NCBI GenBank assembly: GCA_031367345.1
Contig: JANLPR010000108.1
Coordinates: 1,213-65,212, forward strand
Length of the DNA: 64,000 nucleotides
Reading direction: 5' to 3'
From: Bacteroidota bacterium
GTDB lineage: Bacteria; Bacteroidota; Bacteroidia; AKYH767-A; 2013-40CM-41-45
The notes beneath the pieces are model-generated. The model made no database searches. It saw only the letters and a list, made by a program, of their open reading frames with translations, and was not told where the DNA came from. Positions 9,001-17,138 of the stretch are shown piece by piece; position 1 is the first letter of the stretch; each line of letters opens with the position of its first letter. A program made the translations under genes and the position numbers.

Positions 9001-10554
9001 TCCTGCTTGCGACGACGAAGTATTAGATAAAGTTACAGAAATACATTGGCCGGATGGTACAGTTAAAGCATAAACCATGTCTTCGCCACTTTCGTATAGG
9101 GAAGCACATGACCCTGAAGTAGAGTTATTGTAGTCGTCGCCTTTACAAAGTGTAGATTGATTGTTAACCGTGAATGGAAGTGTAACAGGAACAGCATTAG
9201 CGCATGTTGATCCGGGAGGTGATGCTACAGAAGGTGCGGAGATAGAAATTGCATAACTGCTAATTGATGACGTTGAATTTCTGTCTACTACTAAATAGTA
9301 AGTATTTCCGGCTAAAACATTGACACATAAAAATTGATTTCCGGAAGTACTTTGCGAATTAGCTACGCATGATCCGCCTTGCCCGATAAACGGACAACCA
9401 TTATAAAGCATAATACCAACATTCGAACTACCACTTGTAAGTGTGATAGAAATATTTCCTGTGATAGAAGGAGTAAAAATAAAAACCTCATCAGGTCCTT
9501 GATAATAATTGGAGTTGCCACAGATTACAGAATTAGAAGCAGTGATTTCATTTCCTGCGCCGGTTGTTGTTCTTCCCGCAGAGTTATAAGGTAAACTACT
9601 TACGTTTACTACACCCCCGCCCAATGATCCTGGACAAGAAGGAAGTACCGGTGTAGTTACACAAATACTAAATCCAACAGTTGAAGGTACGCCGGAAGCA
9701 TAATCATATACTCGAATGTAATACGTGTTTCCTCCAATGAGATTTCCGTAAGTAAGTGTTTCAGTTCCTCCAGAATTTGTTAAATCAGCACAAGCAATGC
9801 TTGTTAGTGATCCACAAGTACCGGATAATAATTCAACGACTGCATTGTAAGAAGTAGATCCGGCAACAGTAATGGTATGAGAAATTTGAGATGCGGTAAA
9901 CGAATACCAAACATCATCGTTGGCTGTTCCTGAACATCCTGTACTTGGCGAAGAAGCAGTAGCCCCAAATGAAGTTCCGCATGTTGGTACACAAGCGCCA
10001 CCGGGTGCAGAAGGTGTAAGAGAGATCGCTGTATTGCAATTGTCATTCGTTGCAGGTGAGTTTACTATTATTGTACCATCAGTTGAGTTATTTGTGCTTC
10101 CGGAATTATAACGAATAATTCGAATGTAATAAGTTGTTCCCGGTGTACTAGCAAAGGTCAAACTCTCATTTGCACCATTACCACCGGCATTTGCACACCC
10201 TAACTCAACCATGAATCCGCATGTTCCACTGTAAACGGCTAAGGCAATATTTTTACTGTTAGAGGAAACTGTGCCAAAAATATTTGTTGTCGCACTTGTT
10301 GCGGTGAATTTATACCAACCGTCACGCTTGTTGTTCACTGAGCTTACGCAAGCAGTATTATTCGATACGTTTGCAGTATTGTCAACGGTATAACTGGAAG
10401 CTAAACTATAAGTGGTTGCTCCATTACATGGATTGACTTGCAAAGCAGGTACAGATCCGGTTGGGCATAAATTATCCGATTGGCCAAAGCTCGAATTGTT
10501 AGAGACTAAAGTCAAAAGAATAATAAAATAGAGTTTCGTAAAAGATGGTTTCAT
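6088..10554 (-). CDS. Giant T9SS-secreted protein with six Cys-containing ~120-aa beta-sandwich repeats and a parallel-beta-helix-like middle
   Basis: Signal peptide MKPSFTKLYFIILLTLVSNNSSFGQ. Six repeats each end in a G.TYYIRV-like strand (TYYIRII, TYYIRVYD, TYYLVVD, TYYIIVD, TYYIRVDG, VYLLFVSN) and look like pre-peptidase C-terminal type domains. Also carries the PLPIELLSFDAK... ~95-aa module and a type A CTD (YPNPVQEKL...GVYYLLV...WFVKK). Confidence 0.85.
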   Translation of the reverse strand: MKPSFTKLYFIILLTLVSNNSSFGQSDNLCPTGSVPALQVNPCNGATTYSLASSYTVDNTANVSNNTACVSSVNNKRDGWYKFTATSATTNIFGTVSSNSKNIALAVYSGTCGFMVELGCANAGGNGANESLTFASTPGTTYYIRIIRYNSGSTNNSTDGTIIVNSPATNDNCNTAISLTPSAPGGACVPTCGTSFGATASSPSTGCSGTANDDVWYSFTASQISHTITVAGSTSYNAVVELLSGTCGSLTSIACADLTNSGGTETLTYGNLIGGNTYYIRVYDYASGVPSTVGFSICVTTPVLPSCPGSLGGGVVNVSSLPYNSAGRTTTGAGNEITASNSVICGNSNYYQGPDEVFIFTPSITGNISITLTSGSSNVGIMLYNGCPFIGQGGSCVANSQSTSGNQFLCVNVLAGNTYYLVVDRNSTSSISSYAISISAPSVASPPGSTCANAVPVTLPFTVNNQSTLCKGDDYNNSTSGSCASLYESGEDMVYALTVPSGQCISVTLSNTSSSQAGFQVYENCPGSAGANCLGFVGGGNVTGNFSLPNAGTYYIIVDSWAPPTVLTYSLNITSVAGSITNDLPCNAISLPLNTNINGDNSCTGSALEPGAPSCWTTGALNTVWYTVVPTGTSLIIKTFLGTLSNTQIALYSGACNALVQAAPNSSSCNDNIVCGVNTIYNSQITVSGLTPGQTYYIRVDGANDRTGTFGIMAVDGAIGLPPVYGQDCTQPLPVCSNSISVANPGFTAFGNACDFGSSLNCLLSGERSGSWYIIPIGTNGNLEFDIIPNDWLGAPSTVSTDYDFAIWEIGMSGIQCSQLGSNAPVRCNYSALGVTGVSGTGNSPGAYPGYNTSYEPAITVTVGQVYLLFVSNYTNSTSGFTMNFTGAPDPINYAVPVSPLSWSGGTNSSWGVSSNWGSCAIPDCSVDAIVTNASINQPVVAFNQTVKNITINAGSTLTINSNVTLSVCGNFTNNGRLITLPGSTVKFVGSALQQVTGSLTGINAFANFTMQKISGTLLINNDIDIKENDSLKVGFFDPNNKNIQIGKNFFIQDGPTNHLSPMLAGKYSFYGNVNQTYTNLGTDYVTFFDIDMIQSTNNALNLGVGVFNDLRVGGVLTLTKGKIITNAKQVYVLNPANAAVTPGNTTSYVEGNLRRILNANALGVYDFPVGNAAKAYQRASVDFTAPTQIPELLAFFTSWGVVPSGPVSSECTFANYSLNPALNNGFWTFNSLSNNSTGTYDMTLYNTNYTNVASPGGWTVMKRIPVTSGPWVLDGSCVMTNTVTGTQRTGMIGFDADFATAQSNSPLPIELLSFDAKAKSEGVLTFWTTASETNNNYFTVERSYDANQFKSVGIVIGAGNSTIENRYSFLDKNPGNGIIYYRLKQTDYDGRFSYSEPVAVKINEKVFGLSIYPNPVQEKLNYLLETTGGDINLKVIDITGRVIYEDHLQLKAGLTNSSLEMKEIPDGVYYLLVTNQDSSTKAWFVKK

Positions 10555-10579
10555 CTGAAAATGTTTGGTGGTTATAAAA

Positions 10580-10933
10580 TTATCTGATTGTAGTTACTGC
10601 ATAAGTTGATCTTATTTTGTTTATATCTGAATGATACATTAATTCAACCGAAGAGTTTATTTCTAACGATCTCATTGTTTGAAGAATTATTTCCTCGTTT
10701 ACTAATTTAGGGTCATATGAAATGATCATCACTTTTAATTCGTAACAGCTTTGTATTCCAATGATGCCGGCAGAAGATTTTAATCCTCTGTCAATGATTG
10801 AAGCATTCTTTTCTGACAGATATGGTAATGAAACAAGCATTTCCTTTTTATCAGCTGCTAGTGCTGATTGAAGAGGAGGAGTTGCAAAAGAGATAACTGC
10901 AAACAAAATAAAAATCGAAATAATATACTTCAT
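10580..10933 (-). CDS. Hypothetical small secreted protein
   Basis: 117 aa with an N-terminal signal-like segment MKYIISIFILFAVISFA. Ends 25 nt upstream of the giant T9SS gene on the same strand. No recognisable motifs. Confidence 0.5.
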   Translation of the reverse strand: MKYIISIFILFAVISFATPPLQSALAADKKEMLVSLPYLSEKNASIIDRGLKSSAGIIGIQSCYELKVMIISYDPKLVNEEIILQTMRSLEINSSVELMYHSDINKIRSTYAVTTIR

Positions 10934-11202
10934 GACCGAATATTTTTAAATTTATATAACGAAAAAAATAAAAACAAGATCACTAAAACAATCTCAAAAC
11001 ATTACAGTTTAAGAGACTTCAAGTGAAAAGGCCTCTACTCAAATTTAACTTCGATTTGCCATATTTAAAACTCGTTTTTAAAATATTTGATTAAAAGCTA
11101 TCTCATTTATGGGAAAGACGCCTTTTGCTTGGTAAAAAAATCGTTGAATCTTACATTATTATTCTGGTTGAATTTCTTTCTATTAATAAAGAATTCAATT
11201 TG

Positions 11203-12465
11203 TCAGAATGGTTTTCGGATAAAAGTAGGGTGGTCTGCAGAAATAAAGGTTTCTAAAAAAGCAAAAAGTAGGATTATATAAGAGCCGAATAAATAAATGG
11301 GGACGGGAGCAAGATACAAATTGAATGAAAGTGATGCCGCCATGATCATTAAAATATAGTTATATTTTTTTCTTAATAAGAGTAGTGTGAAAAAAAGAAA
11401 TCCAAGTATTGCTGAGATATAAGTGAGTATAGTCGAAAAAGTAAAATAGCCGAAAGCGAACGATTCGAAAAAGTTGTAAGTAGCATTTCGAAGCAGTATC
11501 AACGGATGTCTTCTTCCGAAATCGATGAACTTGGCCATTCCCCATTTCGATTCTCCCATAATTACTTCTTTATCGTACATTGATGGTGAACTCAAGTAAT
11601 TAATTTGTTTGCCAGTATCATGAGCATAGTTTTCAAATGAAATGTTGTCAGAAAAACCTTGAACAGGAGAATTAGGATAAGCACCCATTGAACTATACAT
11701 TACATGTCCGGGGTGTTTTGATAAGTAAGAAGGATTTAAAAGGTAAATGACGCAGAACATTAATGCAAGTGCAAGAATTCGTTTGTAGATGTTAATGGTG
11801 TAGAATGAAAAGAGTAACGTGAATGAGCTCAATAGAATGGTAGAAGCTCGAACATGAAATATTAATGCAAATAAAATCGCTGACAACAATAAAGTTGAAG
11901 TGTGATGAAGTTTTTTATTTAGCAAAATAATAATTAAGATGAAAGATGGAATCACTTGCCAGAAATAGTAAAATGGAAAAAGTGCTAGATAGATAATGAA
12001 TGGATTTGCTAGATAACTAAAAAAGAAAATGACTTTTTTAGTTCGGCCATTTAGCATTTGAAAAATGAAAAATGAAAAAAGAAGATGAACGAATAATTGC
12101 AACAACTTTAAACTTCCTATTCCACCCAAAAATGGAAATAGTAACTGTGAAAAAGCAATAAGATATACCAGTCCGGGCTGATTGATTTCGTACGTGCGAG
12201 AATTGGATTTGACGGATGAAAATTTATAATGATCGAGAGCGTAAATTCGTTCTGTTCGATTTTTAATTGAAGTTATTTTTTTTACTGAATCAACTTCATT
12301 TAAATTAAATTGCCATTTATTGTCAGCTTTTATTAATGCCGCACCGGAGAAATATGGAGTAGAAATTTCGGCTGTCATTATTTTTCCTCGATCTGTAAAA
12401 TGAGCGACGATGAAAACAGAAACGAGAGAAATTACAAAAGCAACAATTGATTGCCGGCCTGTCAT
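11203..12465 (-). CDS. Polytopic integral membrane protein (possibly GT-C-like glycosyltransferase)
   Basis: 420 aa with roughly ten hydrophobic helices and one soluble loop. The function guess rests only on topology. Confidence 0.45.
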   Translation of the reverse strand: MTGRQSIVAFVISLVSVFIVAHFTDRGKIMTAEISTPYFSGAALIKADNKWQFNLNEVDSVKKITSIKNRTERIYALDHYKFSSVKSNSRTYEINQPGLVYLIAFSQLLFPFLGGIGSLKLLQLFVHLLFSFFIFQMLNGRTKKVIFFFSYLANPFIIYLALFPFYYFWQVIPSFILIIILLNKKLHHTSTLLLSAILFALIFHVRASTILLSSFTLLFSFYTINIYKRILALALMFCVIYLLNPSYLSKHPGHVMYSSMGAYPNSPVQGFSDNISFENYAHDTGKQINYLSSPSMYDKEVIMGESKWGMAKFIDFGRRHPLILLRNATYNFFESFAFGYFTFSTILTYISAILGFLFFTLLLLRKKYNYILMIMAASLSFNLYLAPVPIYLFGSYIILLFAFLETFISADHPTFIRKPF

Positions 12466-12558
12466 ACTTAAAGTATTTTTACTTGATGAATTAAGAAAGA
12501 GTAGTGTAGTGAACGCTAGTACTTCTTGTCAGATCCCGAAGTAAGTCGATGTTTGACT

Positions 12559-14742
12559 CTACAAACGGATTCCTGCAACTAATATATCGTCGATTTGAGG
12601 AAATGTGCCCATCCATTCATTCATATACTTCGTTAAAAACAGTTCTTGTTCGTTCATTGAAAGATGTTGGTTTTCGATCAATAAACTTTTGAATTGTTTA
12701 CTCATTATCTTTTTGCCTTCAAGTCCACCAAATTGATCAGCATAACCATCGGTAAATAAATAAATAGTGTCTCCTTTGTTTAGTTGTAATGAATGTTCGT
12801 TGAAAAGAGTTGTCGAGGTATTCTGCGATCCTCCAATAGCTGCTTTTGTTGGTTTAATAACTACCAGCTCATGATTCACAAATGCCCATAATGGTCTATT
12901 AGCTCCTGCAAAAATAATTGAATAGTTATTTAAATCTATAGCGCAAATGGCAATGTCCATTCCATCATTTACATTGCTTTCGCTTTGATTCAACGCTTCA
13001 AAAATACCATGGCTTAGCTCTTGTAAAATTTTACCCGGTTCTAAAATACCATTTTCATTGATGAGCTGATTTAACAATGAGGTTCCTATCATACTCATAA
13101 AAGCTCCTGTAACTCCATGACCAGTACAATCAGCAATAGCAATAATAATCTTCTCTTTGTTCTTTGAGAAAAAGTAAAAGTCGCCGCTTACGATATCTTT
13201 CGGTTTGTAGATAATGAAAAAATCTTTTAACGATTGTCTGATATGGTTTAAATCCGGCAATATGGCTTCCTGAATTCTGCGAGCATAATTTAAATTATCG
13301 TTCAAGTCACGATTTTTATTTTCAATTTCCGTTTTTTGTATCATTACCTCATTGGTACGAATTGATACCATTTGCTCCAAATTTTCATTCTGTTGTTCTA
13401 GAATTTTTTTTCGTTCGACTTCTTGTTCAATGGTTTTGTGAAAAAGAGATTTTATTTCTTTCAATTGTTCTTGAAGCTTCTTGTTCATTCTTGCAAAGTC
13501 GCGTGCTAAATAAAATGTCATGGAAATGTTTACTGAGAGGAGAAAAGAGAATCCAACAAATTCACCGGTGTGATCAGAGATAAACAAACTTGCTTTTTGA
13601 AGCCCACCTTTAGAAAGCATTGATGAAGCGAATGAAAAAAAGAGCGCCCCTAATATGGGCAATAATAATCCGAATAAAAATATTTTTGCGCCATCTTTCT
13701 TTTCTTTTAATGCTTTATAGAGCACTCGGATAATTTCGACAATGATTGTTGCAGTAATTAAAAATTGAAGAAACCCGCCTAATCCTTTTTGATCGATAGC
13801 GAAATAGCAAAAAAGTGATATTGCTATAAACCCTGAGAGTATCCAAAAGAACCGTAAAAGTTTTTTATAGAAAATCTCATAGAGTACTCCTAATAAAAAT
13901 AGTGGCACAAAAAATAATGAAACAAGTTCAATTCGTAAAATTTTAGTAGCTAATTTTAAATCAGCACCATTCATAATTGTATATACTCCAAAAAATAGTA
14001 CAAAAAGGAAAAGCGTAAATAGGCTATAATACAAGTTTGCTCTATTCTTCACGTAATAAAGAAAAAGTATAAAATGAAAAATGCCCAATACAAGAAAGAT
14101 GGTGGAAAATATTAGGATTATTGAATTTATTTTGAAATTGGAAACCTCTTCTAATGCAGTTTCTGTTCGTTCAATATTTACGCTAAAGGGTTGCTTTTCG
14201 ATTTCGGAATTGTAATTGATAAATAAACTCCTCTGATCGTCGGATGTGGCTGTACGAATAGCAATTACATGTTCGTTGGTATCGTTAGCGTTAAATGGAA
14301 TATGATAAGGGCGAATCGAGAATCCTGACCTGTAGTTTGCGATTTTATCACTTACAGTTCCCATTGTTAGACTCTTTTTACCATCAATAAAAAACTCCAT
14401 AGCACCGTAACACTGAACCTCGAATGTTAAAGGATCGTTTATTAATGTGGAATCGATTTTGAAATGGCCACGAAACCAAACAACTCCTTTGTGGGAAGAG
14501 TAGAGCGTATCGTTTAATGTACTGTCAGCTATTACTAATCTCCACTTCGAATCATCAAAAACTGTTTTGGAATATTCGAGATTATCTCCTAAATCATAGG
14601 AGAATATTGAGTCGATATTCTCCGATTTTTTGAAGTTCGTTATGGTGAAAACGTCAGATTTTGTATCAACAGCAAATAGTTTATCGCTATTTGCAAAAAA
14701 TAAAAAGGTAATGTAAATAAAAAAATACAGTTTATTATTCAT
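12559..14742 (-). CDS. 7TM-receptor-linked PP2C/SpoIIE-family serine phosphatase
   Basis: Signal peptide plus a ~190-aa extracellular domain (7TMR-DISMED2-like), seven TM helices and a coiled coil. PP2C/SpoIIE motifs follow: SGDFYFF, ADCTGHGVTGAFMS, DGMDIAI, LFTDGYADQFGG, DDILVAGIRL. Confidence 0.85.
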   Translation of the reverse strand: MNNKLYFFIYITFLFFANSDKLFAVDTKSDVFTITNFKKSENIDSIFSYDLGDNLEYSKTVFDDSKWRLVIADSTLNDTLYSSHKGVVWFRGHFKIDSTLINDPLTFEVQCYGAMEFFIDGKKSLTMGTVSDKIANYRSGFSIRPYHIPFNANDTNEHVIAIRTATSDDQRSLFINYNSEIEKQPFSVNIERTETALEEVSNFKINSIILIFSTIFLVLGIFHFILFLYYVKNRANLYYSLFTLFLFVLFFGVYTIMNGADLKLATKILRIELVSLFFVPLFLLGVLYEIFYKKLLRFFWILSGFIAISLFCYFAIDQKGLGGFLQFLITATIIVEIIRVLYKALKEKKDGAKIFLFGLLLPILGALFFSFASSMLSKGGLQKASLFISDHTGEFVGFSFLLSVNISMTFYLARDFARMNKKLQEQLKEIKSLFHKTIEQEVERKKILEQQNENLEQMVSIRTNEVMIQKTEIENKNRDLNDNLNYARRIQEAILPDLNHIRQSLKDFFIIYKPKDIVSGDFYFFSKNKEKIIIAIADCTGHGVTGAFMSMIGTSLLNQLINENGILEPGKILQELSHGIFEALNQSESNVNDGMDIAICAIDLNNYSIIFAGANRPLWAFVNHELVVIKPTKAAIGGSQNTSTTLFNEHSLQLNKGDTIYLFTDGYADQFGGLEGKKIMSKQFKSLLIENQHLSMNEQELFLTKYMNEWMGTFPQIDDILVAGIRL

Positions 14743-15262
14743 GAGTACCCAGTGTAGTGGCCGAAATTATTATAAAGCTTTTGTCGTCAGCATAAGTAAC
14801 GCTCAGCCGCTGATTTTTTTTAGTAAATAGAGTAATTGTTGCTTTCTCTACTCTGTTTTTTGTTTCGCTTAGTAATTTGTATTTAGATTTTAAAATTACC
14901 AATTGAAGGTTTTCATATTCACCTTGTTGTGGGCGAACTAAAAATATATCGATTGCTTTTAAAATATTTTTCTCATTGGTAAAAGCTCTTATATTGATTG
15001 GTTGGCGTTGAGCTTGAAAAGAATATGCTTTCAGCTGCAAATTATAAATTGCACTTAGTGATTGCGCTTTTATAAGAGCAGCTTGGTCTTGCGAACGAGT
15101 TATTTCAAATCCATTATGCGACAACCATGTTTCGTATTTAGAAATATTTTTTGTTAGCGAACTGTCGATAGCTTGAATATACGACCATTGAGCTGAACTG
15201 TTTTTGACAGACGCTAAGAAAAAAATAAAAAATAAAAATTTTATGGTTTTATTTAATTTCAT
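14735..15262 (-). CDS. Hypothetical secreted protein
   Basis: Signal peptide MKLNKTIKFLFFIFFLASVKNSSAQ. ATGA overlap with the xseB stop and an 8-nt overlap with the downstream phosphatase start. Confidence 0.6.
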   Translation of the reverse strand: MKLNKTIKFLFFIFFLASVKNSSAQWSYIQAIDSSLTKNISKYETWLSHNGFEITRSQDQAALIKAQSLSAIYNLQLKAYSFQAQRQPINIRAFTNEKNILKAIDIFLVRPQQGEYENLQLVILKSKYKLLSETKNRVEKATITLFTKKNQRLSVTYADDKSFIIISATTLGTHE

Positions 15263-15447
15263 TGCTTTTCAATTCCTTTAAGTAATTCCCCTACTTCTTT
15301 TTCGGTGTTTTCCAATTTCTGACGGCAGATTTGTATTAACTCTGCCGCACGTTTCACTCGCTTACTTAGTTCGTCGACACTGATGGTTCCGTTTTCAATT
15401 TCTTTTACGATCAATTGAAGTTCGCTAAAGGCTGCTTCGTAATTCAT
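15259..15447 (-). CDS. xseB: Exodeoxyribonuclease VII small subunit
   Basis: 62 aa. MNYEAAFSELQLIVKEIENGTISVDELSKRVKRAAELIQICRQKL matches the XseB pattern. Lies directly downstream of xseA. Confidence 0.9.
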   Translation of the reverse strand: MNYEAAFSELQLIVKEIENGTISVDELSKRVKRAAELIQICRQKLENTEKEVGELLKGIEKQ

Positions 15448-15457
15448 AGTTCTTTCT

Positions 15458-16921
15458 TTAATTATTTTTTTCTACTTTACTAACTATAACACCGTCGGCT
15501 AATGTAGTTTCAATAACATCGCCACTTTTTAACAAAGACGAAGCAGTAATAGCCACGCCATTTTTTCTAGTGATCGAATATCCTCTAGCTAATGTATTAA
15601 AGGGATCAAGTAATTTGGTTTTAGTTTCTAATAGTGTAAGGTCATTTTTGTTTCTTTCAATGTGAATATTCGCGGTCTTAAGTACTTCAACTTGATTTTG
15701 TAATTGGTTTTTACTTTTCTCCAACTGCAAATTGAATAACGTACTTAGTTGTTTAGTTGTAAAATTTAGTTTGTTTTGATTTGATAGAAATAATTGCCGA
15801 CCTGGTATGGTGATAACAGCATTAATATTATGTTGAAGTAATTGTTTTTTATCTTCTAGTCCACGATTGCTAAAGGTAATAAGGAGATTAAGTTCGGTTA
15901 ATATTGTAGTCCTATTTTTTACAATTGAATTTTCTGTAGAAATTCGGAAACGCTGTAAAGTGTCAGATAGTTGGTCTTTATTTTCTTTGAGAAGGTTGTT
16001 GGTTGCAATTAGTAACAATTCCGTTGTATTATCAAGTAATCGATCGAGTGATTCAAATTTTTCAAGAAAAAAACTTGCAGCAGCAGTAGGTGTAATGCAA
16101 TTTTTATGCGCAACCATTTCTGTTACGGTTTCATTTGTAGCATGACCGATTCCGGTAACGATGGGTAGTGGGAATGTCGCAATCGACTTAGCCAATGCGT
16201 ATTCATCATAACAAGAAAGGCCTGTGTCGCCGGCTCCGCCACGAATCAGCGTTACTACATCGAAATCTTTTTGGCGTAGTTTAATTTTATCGAGCGCTTT
16301 GTTGATGGTAATAATTGCGTTTTCTCCTTGAAGCGCTGCTTCGTAAAGAAAAAATTCAAATGCGTAATTTTTTGAATGATTAGTAATTGTACTTATGAAA
16401 TCTTGATAACCACGACTAGTTTCAACTGAAATTATTGCAATCCGTTTTGGTAAAATTGGAAATGAGAGTTTTTTATTTTGATCGAAAATATTTTCTTGTT
16501 TTAGACGAAGAATGGATTCGTTTTTCATCCGGGCCATTTCGCCTAGTGTGAATGCCGGCTCTACATCTACAATACTTAATGAAAAGCCATGAATGGGATG
16601 AAAATTTACCGCACATTGAAAAAGTACTTTCATGCCTGAGTCAAGTTCCGAGCCTACAACAGAAATGAATTTTTTTTGGATGAGTTTGTATTGTTCAGAC
16701 CACATGATGCCTTTGCACTGAGCTACCATGAGGCCATTATTTCGATCAGCTAATTCGATATAGCAGTGTCCACTAGCCAAATGAAGGTTCACTTTAACTA
16801 ATTCACAACGAACCCAAAAGGATTTATTCTCGTATGTTTTTTTAATTACAGAACTCACACTGGCCATAATATCGGCTAGAGAATGGGTCTTTAAATTAAA
16901 CGAGGAATCGGTTTCTTGCAT
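15458..16921 (-). CDS. xseA: Exodeoxyribonuclease VII large subunit
   Basis: OB-fold N-terminus (FWVRCELVKVNLHLASGHCYIELAD), catalytic core (IAIISVETSRGYQDF, LIRGGAG, TGIGHATNETV) and a long coiled-coil C-terminus. The ORF track starts at 17044. I prefer ATG 16921 (MQETDSS...) because the upstream 41 codons look non-native; 16969 is also possible. Confidence 0.85.
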   Translation of the reverse strand: MQETDSSFNLKTHSLADIMASVSSVIKKTYENKSFWVRCELVKVNLHLASGHCYIELADRNNGLMVAQCKGIMWSEQYKLIQKKFISVVGSELDSGMKVLFQCAVNFHPIHGFSLSIVDVEPAFTLGEMARMKNESILRLKQENIFDQNKKLSFPILPKRIAIISVETSRGYQDFISTITNHSKNYAFEFFLYEAALQGENAIITINKALDKIKLRQKDFDVVTLIRGGAGDTGLSCYDEYALAKSIATFPLPIVTGIGHATNETVTEMVAHKNCITPTAAASFFLEKFESLDRLLDNTTELLLIATNNLLKENKDQLSDTLQRFRISTENSIVKNRTTILTELNLLITFSNRGLEDKKQLLQHNINAVITIPGRQLFLSNQNKLNFTTKQLSTLFNLQLEKSKNQLQNQVEVLKTANIHIERNKNDLTLLETKTKLLDPFNTLARGYSITRKNGVAITASSLLKSGDVIETTLADGVIVSKVEKNN

Positions 16922-17138
16922 TTTTTTGAATCTGCCCCGACAAGATGCGAAAAATGAATGAAAAGGCATTGTTAATGAGTATAAAAAATGCAACTTTTTA
17001 TTAGAAAACAGACTAAAAGAAGGTTCACCCCCATTGAGGCTCATTCTACAGAATAAAAGCTCAATTTTATGATAAATTCATCTTATAATATACATCGTAT
17101 ATGTATATTTACTTTGTTAATCTTAAGGAACTTAGTTA

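Noticed and set aside
16922-17044. Upstream extension of xseA in the ORF track
   Set aside because: The extra 41 residues (MSLNGGEPSFSLF...) do not resemble XseA N-termini. The OB-fold begins shortly after Met at 16921.
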